A stretch of 39,681 bases of DNA. Origin: Octopus bimaculoides. Lineage: Eukaryota. The notes beneath the pieces were generated by a model that saw nothing but the letters and a program-made list of their open reading frames with translations, was not told the DNA's origin and made no database searches. The stretch spans positions 139,913,392 through 139,953,072 of the forward strand of contig NC_068983.1 of the NCBI RefSeq assembly GCF_001194135.2, read 5' to 3'. How positions within the stretch are numbered: position 1 is the first letter of the stretch; the number at the start of each line of letters is the position of its first letter. The translations under genes were made by a program, and so were the position numbers. This document shows positions 11,402 to 24,280 of this stretch, piece after piece.

Positions 11402-13847
11402 ACACACANNNNNNNNNNNNNNNNNNNNNNNNNNNNNNNNNNNNNNNNNNNNNNNNNNNNNNNNNNNNNNNNNNNNNNNNNNNNNNNNNNNNNNNNNNNN
11501 NNNNNNNNNNNNNNNNNNNNNNNNNNNNNNNNNNNNNNNNNNNNNNNNNNNNNNNNNNNNNNNNNNNNNNNNNNNNNNNNNNNNNNNNNNNNNNNNNNNN
11601 NNNNNNNNNNNNNNNNNNNNNNNNNNNNNNNNNNNNNNNNNNNNNNNNNNNNNNNNNNNNNNNNNNNNNNNNNNNNNNNNNNNNNNNNNNNNNNNNNNNN
11701 NNNNNNNNNNNNNNNNNNNNNNNNNNNNNNNNNNNNNNNNNNNNNNNNNNNNNNNNNNNNNNNNNNNNNNNNNNNNNNNNNNNNNNNNNNNNNNNNNNNN
11801 NNNNNNNNNNNNNNNNNNNNNNNNNNNNNNNNNNNNNNNNNNNNNNNNNNNNNNNNNNNNNNNNNNNNNNNNNNNNNNNNNNNNNNNNNNNNNNNNNNNN
11901 NNNNNNNNNNNNNNNNNNNNNNNNNNNNNNNNNNNNNNNNNNNNNNNNNNNNNNNNNNNNNNNNNNNNNNNNNNNNNNNNNNNNNNNNNNNNNNNNNNNN
12001 NNNNNNNNATCCTGCATCTTAATTTATATAGAAGAAATTTTTATTTCTTTATTATAAAAAAAAAAAGGTGCAGAAAAGAAATGTCTATATTTTTACTTTG
12101 ATCAATTAAGATGGAGCTGCTTTTCATCTTATGTTTTTGATCAGGCAATATTTGACCATGTATGTATTGTTAAGGCGTAAGATTCATGGTTCACATCTTG
12201 CCGCAATGTATGTTGACTAACCAGAAGAAGTCTGTTATGCAAAAGAATTATAGCATACTTGCGCCCCAACCGCCACCATCTAGTGTATTTCAGATAAAAT
12301 TGCAGCATCATAATTTATCGAATATTAAACTCTGTTTTGTAGCAGACCAAGTGAGCTGTTTTGTACTCTATCAGCTGTTCTACGTATGCATAACGTGCAG
12401 AAAGAAGCATCAATAAAAGCGTAAATCGGCAGACACGGTAAAACGAGTATTATTTAGGTATGAATAATTTCTATGTTCAGAAACAATCCAGGATGATTTT
12501 ATACTTCCTTGTTGGTTGATAATGTAAAGTACCATTGAAATATTCGAATTATCTGTTTCATTTATATGCCTTCCCTAAAATACAAGCTTCAATAGAAAAT
12601 CCTTCGCTTTACTAGAATTTCATTCAGATCAAAAATGAAGAGTACTATGAGGAGGCTCCGATTAAAATTATTTCTTCAAGACGTGACATGTAGTGCTTGT
12701 ACTCATGGATTTGACATATCACTAGAATAAGAGTCATCTGCCTGCAGTTGATCAATAAAAAACAACCTGCGAGTGATCATTTATTTAGATCAACAACAAC
12801 TATATAATATAATCGGGGTATAAATATATGCATGCAGTTTCCTTGTTGAAAAGTTTATAATTATATTAAGACTTATTTAAAGGAAGGCATTGCTGAAAAT
12901 ATTTTAAACAATTTGGAATTATATGTGTGTTGTTTTCTCGTAGGAGTATTAGTGTTTACATAATAATTTCCTAAGAATTTTACAATCGTTTTCACAGTAC
13001 ATTTTATTAAATTTTTAAAATAGTGTTTCATAGTATTAGGTTACTTGTAGCATTTGTAATTGCTACCCATAAGCAACAGGTGTTAAAAATAAAGTGAATA
13101 ATAATTTACTAGTAATAATATCAAATCAAGATAAGCATTTTGGCCGTAACTCCAAATAAATTTTATTATCATGTAATAGTGCTTAGACACGGATGAAATC
13201 TGGTTCAAGGGAAGCATTTTCAAAGATGTTATAGATGTGAAATCTTCGACCGATATCTGAATCTAGCAACATATTCTGTGACGTTCCTGTTTCTAAAACA
13301 GGTTCGCAATTTTAAAGGATTTCTGTACGCTAGAGTTAGTAGACTGTACGAACACATTGTCTTAAATTCTATATTAGTACTCTAGATATTTATTTAGGTA
13401 GGCGGTTGATAAATCCTTCCATATATTGCCAAACGTTTATATATGAAGTGAGTATGAATTGATTTCTCGATTGTATGCTTAAACATAAAAATTGATTAGA
13501 ATTTTACTGGAATATATTGTTGAACGACATAGCCTTTGAATATTTTGCATGTTGACTTATTTCGTGTCCTTCATCACAACAAATTCAAAACTTTTACTTA
13601 TTGAAGCCATGCAGAAATATAAATATATGGTTTCTTTTTAAAACTTTGAAACTGACAAAGGAACACAATTTAGGAACACAATTCGCTATATTGTATTCGA
13701 AGAGAAAATGTACGCACTTTCCATTAATTTGACATTTTCCTCTCGGTTCCTATCAGAAAAATATTAGGTGAAGTATATCGTATATCGTAATAATTTTTTT
13801 ATCAAAGATCACGTTTCGGCCGTGTTGTCCGACAAAGCATTAACCAA

Positions 13848-14717
13848 TAGAAGAAAAACGTATCGATAAGTTCCCAGACTAGTTCTGTAGTGCCAAAAAA
13901 TGGTAGTACACGGTTACAAAAGAAATGGCAGTGATCTTCAGGAGGCAGTGTGTCGAGTGACATCACTATGTTTACTTTGTAAGCTGTGAAACTTGTGTTT
14001 TGCTGATCACGTGCGTTTCTGTAATCTGCGATTTTTGTCATGGACAGGAATTCGGAACAAAACAAAAAGTCAACGTGAGCATAACTTGGCATAACTTGGC
14101 AAGTATATGGCAACTATGCTATGGGTCGAACACAATGTTTCGAGTGGCAGGGGCGCTTCGAAAGCGGAAGAACATTCCTGGTAAACGATGAGTGAGCTGG
14201 AAGACCTACCAATAGTGTTACTCCAGAAATGTGGAGAAAATTCATCAGCTTCCACATGAGAATTCTCGGAGACAATTAACGACGTTTTGAAGTGTTTGTT
14301 GGAGGACGTTTGGTGAAAGCGACTGGATCTATGGAGAGCGAAGAATTGGATTCTTCAAGACGACAATGTACCCTGTCACCCGTCAGTTTCTCACCAAAAT
14401 ACACATACTATTCCTTCTGCACTTGCTTAATTCGCCGAATGTAGCACCTGTAGACTTTCAACTCTTGTTCAATATGAAAATGTAGCTCAAAGGACACCGT
14501 TTTAACACTACTGTTGAGATCCAGTGCGAATCGCAGAAGGTCCACGAATCGCTTACAGAAAATGACTTCCAGGCCGAATTTCGAAAGTAGCAGGAACGCT
14601 GGGATTGGTTTATTTCTGTGCAAGGTAACTATTTCGATGATGTTAAAACTTAGGTAAATCATTTTTTTTTTTTATCAAACGTACCTAGTCCGGGAGATTT
14701 TTTGATAACGCTTCATA
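13848..14717 (+). mobile_element. Internally deleted mariner (DD34D-type) element with degenerate TIRs
   Basis: N-terminus QVYGNYAMGRTQCFEWQGRFESGRTFLVNDE*AGRP..VTPENVEKIHQL is joined to WRAKNWILQDDNVPCH, NSPNVAPVDF and KM*LKGHRFNT..FRK*QERWD..VQGNYFDD. TIR-like sequences are TATCGATAAGTTCCCAGACTAGT (about 13861) and ACCTAGTCCGGGAGATTTTTTGATAACGCTTCATA (14683-14717). Confidence 0.85.
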
Positions 14718-15504
14718 TGTGTCAGAGAGCTAGGAAACTTCCATCAGTAGTATGATTTCAATATTCTCAGTTAAAGAACAGCCTAGCTGTAATTGATACT
14801 GTCGACCTTCATATTTTTCGAACGCATATTAAGTATGAAACTAACTACAACACGAATGCGACAGTAACAGAATAAGTGAAATGTGGGCAATTACCGAAAG
14901 GGTAAAATGTACAAGAAGCCAATTGTGGAACAGCTTATGTTTTCAGTATTGGTGTAATTGATACTTACATTGATTGATTATAAATAAAGTTAGTGATAGT
15001 TGTAGATGAAATAAATAATGCTATATGCAAGTATGAGAAAATGAATGCTTGATTGTGAACTTAAACATGTAATATGCATATGCATTACATTAGCACAATG
15101 CAGAATGAATCTTCAATATTGAATAAGATATGAGGTGCGATGATATTACAAATATGTTGAGCATATTTGCATTATTATGTCACGATTCTGCTGCATTTTC
15201 TCGTTAGTGGGAACAATGTTTATTAATCGAGAATTGATAGATCAAAGGTAGACATGTAAATGTTTGGATATTCATATGAAACATGGAAGCATCATATTTG
15301 CGATACTATACATGTCTAATATAGTCAAGTTGCCACTATATGATAATATAATTGAGCAACATTTCAATATCGAAACTGCATCTATTTAGCGCCATATTTA
15401 GGTCCCTTCATTCGATCAATGCATGCACATCAACTTCAGATGCTTACATATACATAAATCTATGCGTTCATGTACTCACCTCTGTATATATGTATGTATG
15501 TAGG

Positions 15505-15572
<68 letters not shown>
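15505..15572. repeat. (TATC)n microsatellite
   Basis: Direct reading of the sequence. Confidence 0.95.
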
Positions 15573-17199
15573 AGAATGTACATATATATGCACTCACACA
15601 CACACACATACATGTGTGTTCGTGTGTATTCAGGAATATAACAATTATAACTTTTAACAGCTATATTTCGTTCATCACTGATTAGGAGCTTCGAATCAAT
15701 TAATTCCAGTTTCGTATCATTTCGCGTGCATCCTGTGATGTAACATTTCTATTTTTAACATCGGAACTTGTTTTAGTGGATATGAAAGACCGCTCGATAT
15801 ACTTAGCTGTCGATGCACAACGACGCATAAACGATGCGCATACGCATGTATCCTATGATCACATGGTGTTATTCAGAGTTCAATAGTGAATTTTCACATA
15901 ATTGTGAATAAGATAATACATACATACATATATATATATATATANNNNNNNNNNNNNNNNNNNNNNNNNNNNNNNNNNNNNNNNNNNNNNNNNNNNNNNN
16001 NNNNNNNNNNNNNNNNNNNNNNNNNNNNNNNNNNNNNNNNNNNNNNNNNNNNNNNNNNNNNNNNNNNNNNNNNNNNNNNNNNNNNNNNNNNNNNNNNNNN
16101 NNNNNNNNNNNNNNNNNNNNNNNNNNNNNNNNNNNNNNNNNNNNNNNNNNNNNNNNNNNNNNNNNNNNNNNNNNNNNNNNNNNNNNNNNNNNNNNNNNNN
16201 NNNNNNNNNNNNNNNNNNNNNNNNNNNNNNNNNNNNNNNNNNNNNNNNNNNNNNNNNNNNNNNNNNNNNNNNNNNNNNNNNNNNNNNNNNNNNNNNNNNN
16301 NNNNNNNNNNNNNNNNNNNNNNNNNNNNNNNNNNNNNNNNNNNNNNNNNNNNNNNNNNNNNNNNNNNNNNNNNNNNNNNNNNNNNNNNNNNNNNNNNNNN
16401 NNNNNNNNNNNNNNNNNNNNNNNNNNNNNNNNNNNNNNNNNNNNNNNTATATAAGGCAAATAAGAAAATGGTAAAGATAAACAATTTGCAGACATCGGCC
16501 TGTAGATAATCAATTATACGTATTTATCAATTGATTACTGTCATATGTGTAATTGATCCAAATAAACGAATGAAATAAGCAAATAAATGAGTAAATAAAT
16601 ATATAAATAAAAATGAACGAATAATAATAGACGAGCGAACATGTACTAAGCACTTACAGTTGTTTCTACCATGGGGTTGCCAAGTCTTCCAAGTTTTACA
16701 CATCCCGTCATTGAGATACAGGGATGAACAAAAGTTGGGCAAGGGTGGACAATGGTTTAGCTCCAAGGCTTCATTAGATAGCCAAATGTTTGGAAACTCA
16801 CATGTGGGGAACTAAGTTAATATAATGAAGTAATATTAAAAAATAATAATATAATAGAAATAGCAAGGAATGGTAAGAACGTAATTTCAAGGTGCTATCA
16901 TAATCAATGTTATTACATTTTATGGTAAAGAAAGTCACTTCCAGGAGACATTTCCGCAGGCTGTGAGGGATAGATCATGTTTCAATTATACTGGGGAGAA
17001 TAGTGAGGGTAAGACGTTGTGTAGTGAGTTTAATGGTATGGTTCATGTCACAGGGGTCAGAAATTTCAGGTTAACTTCTATTTAATAGAGCATTATAAAA
17101 GGAATTGGCAGAATTAACTTAAATTGAACCTGTTTGGGGAAATTCAATACATAAGTATTTTATTATTGTATGATATACATAAGTATATAAACACCTTTT

Positions 17200-17365
17200 T
17201 TAAAATTTTCTCTCTCTGTTTTATTTCTGCGTTCCTTTATGTTGAAGAGCGTAGGCTCGAAATATAAAAGACTTTCTCCCGGAGCGTTAAACTAATACAT
17301 ATGTTTGTTGTTTACACAACCATCTGCGTCTTTTGTTTTGTTAATTTGTTTGTTAATCCTAACTA
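17200..17365 (+). mobile_element. Truncated copy of a hammerhead-like repeat (Penelope tail or retrozyme family)
   Basis: Homologous to 26095-26241 (GTTGAAGAG.GTAGGCTCGAA..., GTTAAACTAATACAT, TTTACACAA.CATCT.CGTCTTTTG) and ends at a (TA)n run. Confidence 0.65.
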
Positions 17366-20049
17366 ACTATATATATATTGAATCAGCTGCATGATAAGAA
17401 TATTTCTATTGTTTTCTTACTAGTAGCATAGAACATAACCATCTGTTTGATGATGTGGAAATGTTCTTATGCCAGGGATAACACCGGTCTCCTGAGGTTA
17501 CACTTGTGGTGATTCTCTTTCTATAATTCCATTTGATGTTTTTTTGATTTTGTAAGAATTGCTGACGAGTATGTTGAAAGATAACTTTGTTATTAATTAT
17601 ATAAAGCTCATTATTCCCAACCGGAAACAATTATCATCAGCCGCAAGGGCACTTGAAAGAGTCAAGTTATACCATCTTTTTATATATCTCCTATGTAAAT
17701 CTATTTTCTTTTTAAAGTGAAGGGAAACCCATATGATTAATGATGTTTCACTTTTTGCACTATTCTTCTCCATAAAAGTGTATAAAGGTTATCTATATAT
17801 ATTTGTTTCTTAGATAAATTCACATTCCTGTTAATAAATTGCTATTTGACCAAACACACGAAATCTTTACCCCAGCCTCTAACATGCTTGAATGTGTTTA
17901 CCGTATCACTTGAAAATTAAAAGAATACTGCTGTACCACATGTGTGAAATGAAAACATCTCATACATAAACATTTTCCAACTATTAAAAAAAAATTGCAA
18001 TTAAACGGGCTGAGTCACATGTTTCAATTGATTCCAGTGAACGAATTTTCATTAAGTATTCGCAATTTTGGAGTTTATTAAAACTTTAAAACTTGTTATG
18101 ATTGTTTAGAAACCGACAAAAATAATAAAAATCAAAACAGATTTATAGAAAACAGAAAAAATAATTCTCAAATAAATAGAGACATTTTCTTTGCATCAAT
18201 TAATTACAACTTCATCTGGATAATTAACTGAAAACTCAGCAAATTAATAAGGTAGAATATTATTGCTTCTTGGAAATATTCTTAATAGCTTTTTCATAAC
18301 TTTCCGATATTTATGGCATATTCATGGTGATCTGGATGCTGTTAAATTATCCAATCTTTATTAAAGAAAGACACTAAGCAAACACGTTTATTTACTTGGT
18401 TAATAGACCTTCACATGTGTAACACCGACACCAACGATACATTCACATAGTGATCATAGAAATTATCTTAGTGATAGTTTTGATACTATTTGTGCTGCTA
18501 TTTAGAGTAATTCTCAATTAAAGCGTTAATGATTTCATAATTGAATGTAAGGTTACAAATCAGCAATTGTTGTGGTTTAGCCGATTGAGCCACCTCAGTA
18601 TATCGTTGCTACTTATTGCATAGATAGGAAAGAAGAAGCCAATCTGGATCCTTAAGGAAATACCGCAAAGGAATGTATCCGATGATTTACAGGTTCTGTC
18701 TATAGCATTTGTCATAAAAAAAGAATTTTTCACTTTGATTCAAACAATGTTTCAGCAAAATTGTAAACTCAATCGAATCCAACAAATCAATAACAGAAAC
18801 TTAAGAATTGTAAGGAAGGGCTAAAATAAGATGACCGCAACCAGATAATTCTAGACATGTAGAGAACTTACATTTCCTTCATACAACGAGTAAGACAAAA
18901 TTACCATGAATGTGTGGAAACGGTCATTACTGAAAGACATCACTATGTTTAATCTAGTATTAATTCTTATTTATCTGAAATAAGGTAGTTATAATAAATT
19001 ATAGCATATGCAAGTTTAATCATATCTAAAATGTCGTACAAATTTATGTTAAAGTAAAGGAAAATCTATAATTGAACTTGATACTGCCCCCCTCATGAAA
19101 TGCAGATGGTACATATTTAGGAACTACCTATGAAAAAAATAATAACACAAGTTTTGTTGTAGTCATAACCTAAACTCTAAGTCAGAGTAACCACTGGTCA
19201 TGGCATTCTCACAGCATAAACAATGGTGGCTGGTGAAGAAAATGTTCATATTTGTATTTCAAATGAGAAAAGTGGCGACCTAAAAAGGAATATGGAGACT
19301 AGTGACCTGTCGTCTTTCCTTCTAAAATGAGATAAATATTGCAAATACTCAGCAAAAATAAATTGTCCGTTGGTGTGTGAGTATAGCTTAAGTGTTGGGA
19401 GAAACTAACAATAATGACAGAGTCTATGTTCATGAGAGGACTTGTGACATACAGGGTCTACCTTTAAAAGAGGAATAGTAGCAGATGCATAAGAGTAAGT
19501 TCACAGAAGTTAAGTGTGACTTCGTGTCACTTAGCCAACACCCACTGAACAGAAACGAGCAGCATGAGTATATCACATGTATACTAAATAGTTAAAGTGA
19601 TATCATGAGATTAGGTGAAGAAAACTTGAATGTATACCAGCAAACCAGAAGTCGCTGGACTAACCAACCTAAGCAAAAACGTGAAGAAAAGAAAGTCGCC
19701 ATGCTAGCCCAAAATGTTACAAAAATATATAAATCCGAAAACTAGAGCATACCAGCTACATTCACCGGAATACTACCCTCTCCTGAAACTATAATAAATA
19801 ATTTAAATTTCAACTAGAACCTAACAATTTTTCTAACCGGCTACAAAATTGCTGTTCAGCTCTAGAGATAAAAACGCCTCTCTATCACGAAAGAATAACA
19901 GAAATTGTCGGTAGAGATACACCATTGCAAAATACACACCCTATATCAACATCTGCTGTCAAACAATATCCGCAAGCTTATACTTTTGCATTACGAGAAC
20001 ATATTCATTAAACCTATCTACAATGCCTACACCAGAAGTATCGTGATAG

Positions 20050-20560
20050 ACATACGAAAGGCGCACTAGAAATATAATATCTCTACACAATAAACAAAGA
20101 ATATTGGCGGAACATAGCAAAAGAAATAACATCCTAGTGCAAGCACAATTGTTCCAGTATTGTAGTACGGAAAAAAAAGAGTAAAGAGCAGGAACTGCTG
20201 TATCAATTAGTGGCACGACTAATCTGAATGTATTTTCAATGTATAGGAAAAAAGACATGTTTAAGAAAACTAATGAAAGATATACTGTGCTTAAATTCAA
20301 ACTGTATTTCAAGTTGTACTCACTATCGTAGTTGCATACGTCCGAGTATGAACTGGTTTGCATAAAAAAAAAACCGTAGCGTTGATTAGACAACGATGGT
20401 TTGACAATGAAACTTTTCTGGTACAAGGAGAAAGCATCAGAAAATTCCTTAACACTGAAATGATGAGTTTGCTGGGCATTATATAGCTTTGAATACTCTG
20501 TGTTGAAAACCTAACTGGGGGAAGACCAAGTCAGAGAAGAGCAATTGGGAGAATATGGCT
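20050..20560 (+). mobile_element. Possible decayed APE-endonuclease region of an RTE-like LINE
   Basis: The translation RNIISLHNKQRILAEHSKRNNILVQ..AGTAVSI..NERYTVLKFK loosely resembles the LINE APE N-terminal motifs. Weak similarity only. Confidence 0.3.
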
Positions 20561-20715
20561 CAAGCAGTTTGATATATAGACAGCTTCATGTAGAGATAAT
20601 ATATACAAAACAGTGGAGTTCAATGATTATCGTTGACTGTTGGCATAGCACGTGAAGAGTAATTTGATGAACCATTAGTAAAGTCAACACTAGCAGAATC
20701 CTGATCATCATTATC

Positions 20716-20778
20716 AACAGCAGCAGCAGCAACAGAAGCAGCAGCAACAGCAACAGCAGTAGTAGTAGTAGTAGTAGC

Positions 20779-20810
<32 letters not shown>

Positions 20811-20941
20811 AAGATCTCTTGATGTTGCTGATTTTACATGAACGTTCCCTTAGATAATTTGTGCTCATGTTACTGCATTAGAAATATTACTACTGATACT
20901 ATTCCTACTACACATGAGACGTTTCTTATTTCTCAGCCTCA

Positions 20942-21003
<62 letters not shown>

Positions 21004-21045
21004 TTACTACTACTGCTACTACTACTGCTACTACTACCACTACTA
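20716..21045. repeat. (CAG)n(TAG)n and, about 130 bp downstream, the complementary (TAC)n microsatellite
   Basis: Direct reading of the sequence. Confidence 0.95.
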
Positions 21046-22442
21046 ACTTCCTGCCGATAGTTCTGTTAATGTTTAATCATAGTCCAAACAATCTTTGTAG
21101 AGGTGAGTATAATGGCGGAAATGAACCACCAGACATGTCTGGTATTTACTTTATATAATTTAGATAAATGAATGGCAGCGTCACCAGGAGATGGCCTGCT
21201 AACTTAATTGGGTGAAAATAAATATTGTTAGACATTTATAGTGAAGGCGCTGAGTCGTAAAAAGTCAACGAATCATGATTAATACGTCACCACATTCTAC
21301 TTCCAATGAAAATTCGTAATAATTAAATATTTTTCCATTACTGATTATTTCACTAGACTAGACTTTTTTTAAGTGACACCAATTACTGATACCGACTAAA
21401 TATATAAACTTCAACTAATAGTTATATTATTGTTGTCTCCACTGTGTTATCATTGAATTGATTCTCTTTACACAAACTTCACCAACTCACTTGTAACTCC
21501 TCAGATACAATGGTCTCATATTAGTTGCCCTGCGCTCAGTATTTCCGAATAATGCCATGAAATATTTGTGCCACTCTTATTAGCTTATTGCTTATTAAGC
21601 ATAATTTATGGTATGCTGTTTACTTGGCGTGCTTTCAGTTTTATTGAAAACAACATGGAGCCTCGGACGGATGTGAACTATCAGAAACACTTCTTCAGTT
21701 TTAGGCACCCTGCGTATTTGTATTCTTGTATTCTCGATACCATAGTAACAGTTATGGCAATTTCCCATAATTTTCATTAGTTGTTTTTCTTTCTAAATTT
21801 TGCTTGATACTTTGTACACGTACTGCGTGACAACAGGGCAAATGAACATAAAAAGAAAGGAGTAATAAATTTTAATTTGGATACATTGCATAAAAATAAC
21901 ATATTCTCTAAAAACATGGCGATATGGTTAACATTTTTGAAGATTTTTTTACTGATTTGTTCTACAAGTAACATTGTATAAAGTGTTGGAAACAGAATTA
22001 CGAGTCATAAATATCCAATCAATATTTCTTTATGAGCTCACGTGTTCCTTCACAGCTTAACAACATCTAGCAAAACAAATACATACAGACGATACATCTT
22101 TCAATATGTGAGCGAGATATGACGTGTTACTGTTATATAGTTTGTCAATTTCTGTGTGATGAAAGAACAAATTTGACGCCTTCCACAATAATGATCATAT
22201 ATCTACATTCGATATTGCAAGGTATAACATCCTTCAGTTTCAAACACATATATTTGCGTCTTATACCAATTTTTAAAATTTTAAATTTTACACTAACACT
22301 ATTATATGGATGGTACTATATATTATTAACCCTGAAATAACGAAAAGATACTTTTTACATCATCGGAAACAAAAAAAATAGTAAGACATTCTAAGCGACC
22401 CTTGAGGGATTCAGTCAATTAATCTGACAATAAATATTGCTT

Positions 22443-22510
22443 CTACGCCGGCCGATAATGCTTAGCAGTACATCGTCCGTCTTTACGTTCTCAGTTCAAA
22501 TTCTGCCGAA
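22443..22510 (+). mobile_element. tRNA-derived SINE head fragment
   Basis: CGCCGGCCGATAATGCTTAGCAGTACATCGTCCGTCTTTACGTTCTCAGTTCAAATTCTGCCGA contains a B-box-like GTTCAAAT and is homologous to the reverse complement of 36895-36965. Confidence 0.75.
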
Positions 22511-22980
22511 AATTTCTAAATAATATTCTATTTTGTTTTTAAAATGAAAAAGTTAATTATTCTTAAATCCAATTTTTTGCCTTACTTATATTTGTTCATG
22601 ATATTTTACCTCACAACATTGTTGACACAAACTTTGGTTGCATGGGACCAAACCTATGAAATTCTTCACGCTTTCATTGAAGCAGAGATAAATATATTTT
22701 GCTTTTAATTTAAAAAAAAGTTATTTAAATCTAAACTTGATTATTGGCGTTACTAACTCTTGTATAACGTTGCTACAACTTTTGATGTAAACTTTTTTCT
22801 ATTTGGCCAATTCTCAATTTCCTTATGTCAAAGTGTGGCTAGGGTCCAGATCTCTTCGAAAATGTTAACAGTTTCTAATTTCGATAAGAACTGAATTACT
22901 GTCAAATCTCTGAATATGCTGTGTGTGAGTAAATTAAATTTTTAAGAATATTGCTCAACCACTAACGTAGTTGACTGATA

Positions 22981-23140
22981 TTCTTTTACTTGTTTCAATC
23001 ATTTCCCTACGGCTACGCTGGAGCACGACCTCAAAGGATTTTAGTCGAACAGTTCGATCCCAGTACTTATTCTATCGGTTTCTTTGGCGAACCACTAGAT
23101 AACCGGCACGAAAACACACTAAGACAGGTTATCAAGCGAC
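22981..23140 (-). mobile_element. SINE 3' portion (same family as 7526-7634)
   Basis: TTTTACTTGTTTCAATCATTT..CGGCTACGCTGGAGCACGACC..TTAGTCGAACAGTTCGATCCCAGTACTTATTCTATCGGTTTCTTTGGCGAACCACTAG. Confidence 0.8.
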
Positions 23141-23435
23141 ACAGACACACACACACACGTTATTATATACGTATATACATACACACATACACACACAAAT
23201 CCCCCCCCCCACATATATATATATATATATATATATCNNNNNNNNNNNNNNNNNNNNNNNNNNNNNNNNNNNNNNNNNNNNNNNNNNNNNNNNNNNNNNN
23301 NNNNNNNNNNNNNNNNNNNNNNNNNNNNNNNNNNNNNNNNNNNNNNNNNNNNNNNNNNNNNNNNNNNNNNNNNNNNNNNNNNNNNNNNNNNNNNNNNNNN
23401 NNNNNNNNNNNNNNNNNNNNNNNNNNNNNNNNNNN

Positions 23436-23533
23436 TGTTGGTCGGCCTGAGACGATAGTAGAGGATACCTGCCTCAGTAGATCTAAATCCGGAATCATGC
23501 GGTTAGGAAGCAAGCTTCTTACCACAACTCGCC
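23436..23533 (-). mobile_element. tRNA-derived SINE 5' part (same family as 29235-29390)
   Basis: Its reverse complement GTGGTAAGAAGCTTGCTTCCTAACCGCATGATTCCGG..GGCCGACCAA aligns with AGAAGCTTGCTTCCCAACCACATGGTT..GGACCAGCCAA at 29250-29345. Confidence 0.8.
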
Positions 23534-23572
23534 TATATATATATACATATATATATGTATATATGTATGTTT

Positions 23573-23608
<36 letters not shown>

Positions 23609-23647
23609 ATACACACACACATACACATATATATATACATATATATT

Positions 23648-23678
<31 letters not shown>

Positions 23679-23893
23679 AAGCAAATAATTATACTGTATG
23701 ACCTCTTGTAAAATTATTGTAGCTGTACCTGTATCGTTTATAAATGTTTTACATCTACACTCCTGATGTTATCCATAATCCAGAAAAGCCAACTCGAAGT
23801 TACCCATCGGAAGAGTTGTAGCTGAATTACTAATACTTCGTGATTATTGACGCTGGTTTTTATTTTGTAACTCCTCTGTTCTTCTGTCCTTCA

Positions 23894-24280
23894 GTTGACA
23901 GTACTATTGTCACCTTCATGTGTGTTAGTAGTTTGATCTCAACGTCAACCACCGCTACTGAAATCGATGTACATGCTATAAATATATGGCCTGATTTAGG
24001 ATCAGTTACACACATACGAAATGTTGACTCTATGACTATATCTTCTAACAAACCTACCTATTTTTACACCACGAAGAAGGTATTTAACTCTTATACTTCT
24101 GTTTTTATACTGTGTGTATTTTTTTTAACATTTATAGCTACTTATGATTATCTGTCTTACTATCATCCGATATCGTATACTGATATATAACTATCATTCC
24201 CGTCGCTTATTCTACTCAACCTCTTCGTCATCAATCCATTTACTTAGGCAAATATCTTTCTAGTTGTACATCCTGACGCA
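23894..24280 (-). mobile_element. Possible decayed LINE endonuclease fragment between 42-bp direct repeats
   Basis: The minus-strand LEDIVIESTFRMCVTDPKSGHIFIACTSI weakly resembles the APE C-terminal SDH motif. It is flanked by near-identical 42-mers. Confidence 0.25.

Noticed and set aside
19273-19279. TGGCGAC resembling an LTR-retrotransposon primer-binding site
   Set aside because: No adjacent LTR end, paired LTR or gag/pol remnant was recognised.
22443-22510. tRNA-like A/B-box sequences (also at 28896, 29235 and 36900-36965)
   Set aside because: They are SINE heads with no complete cloverleaf, so they are not called tRNA genes.
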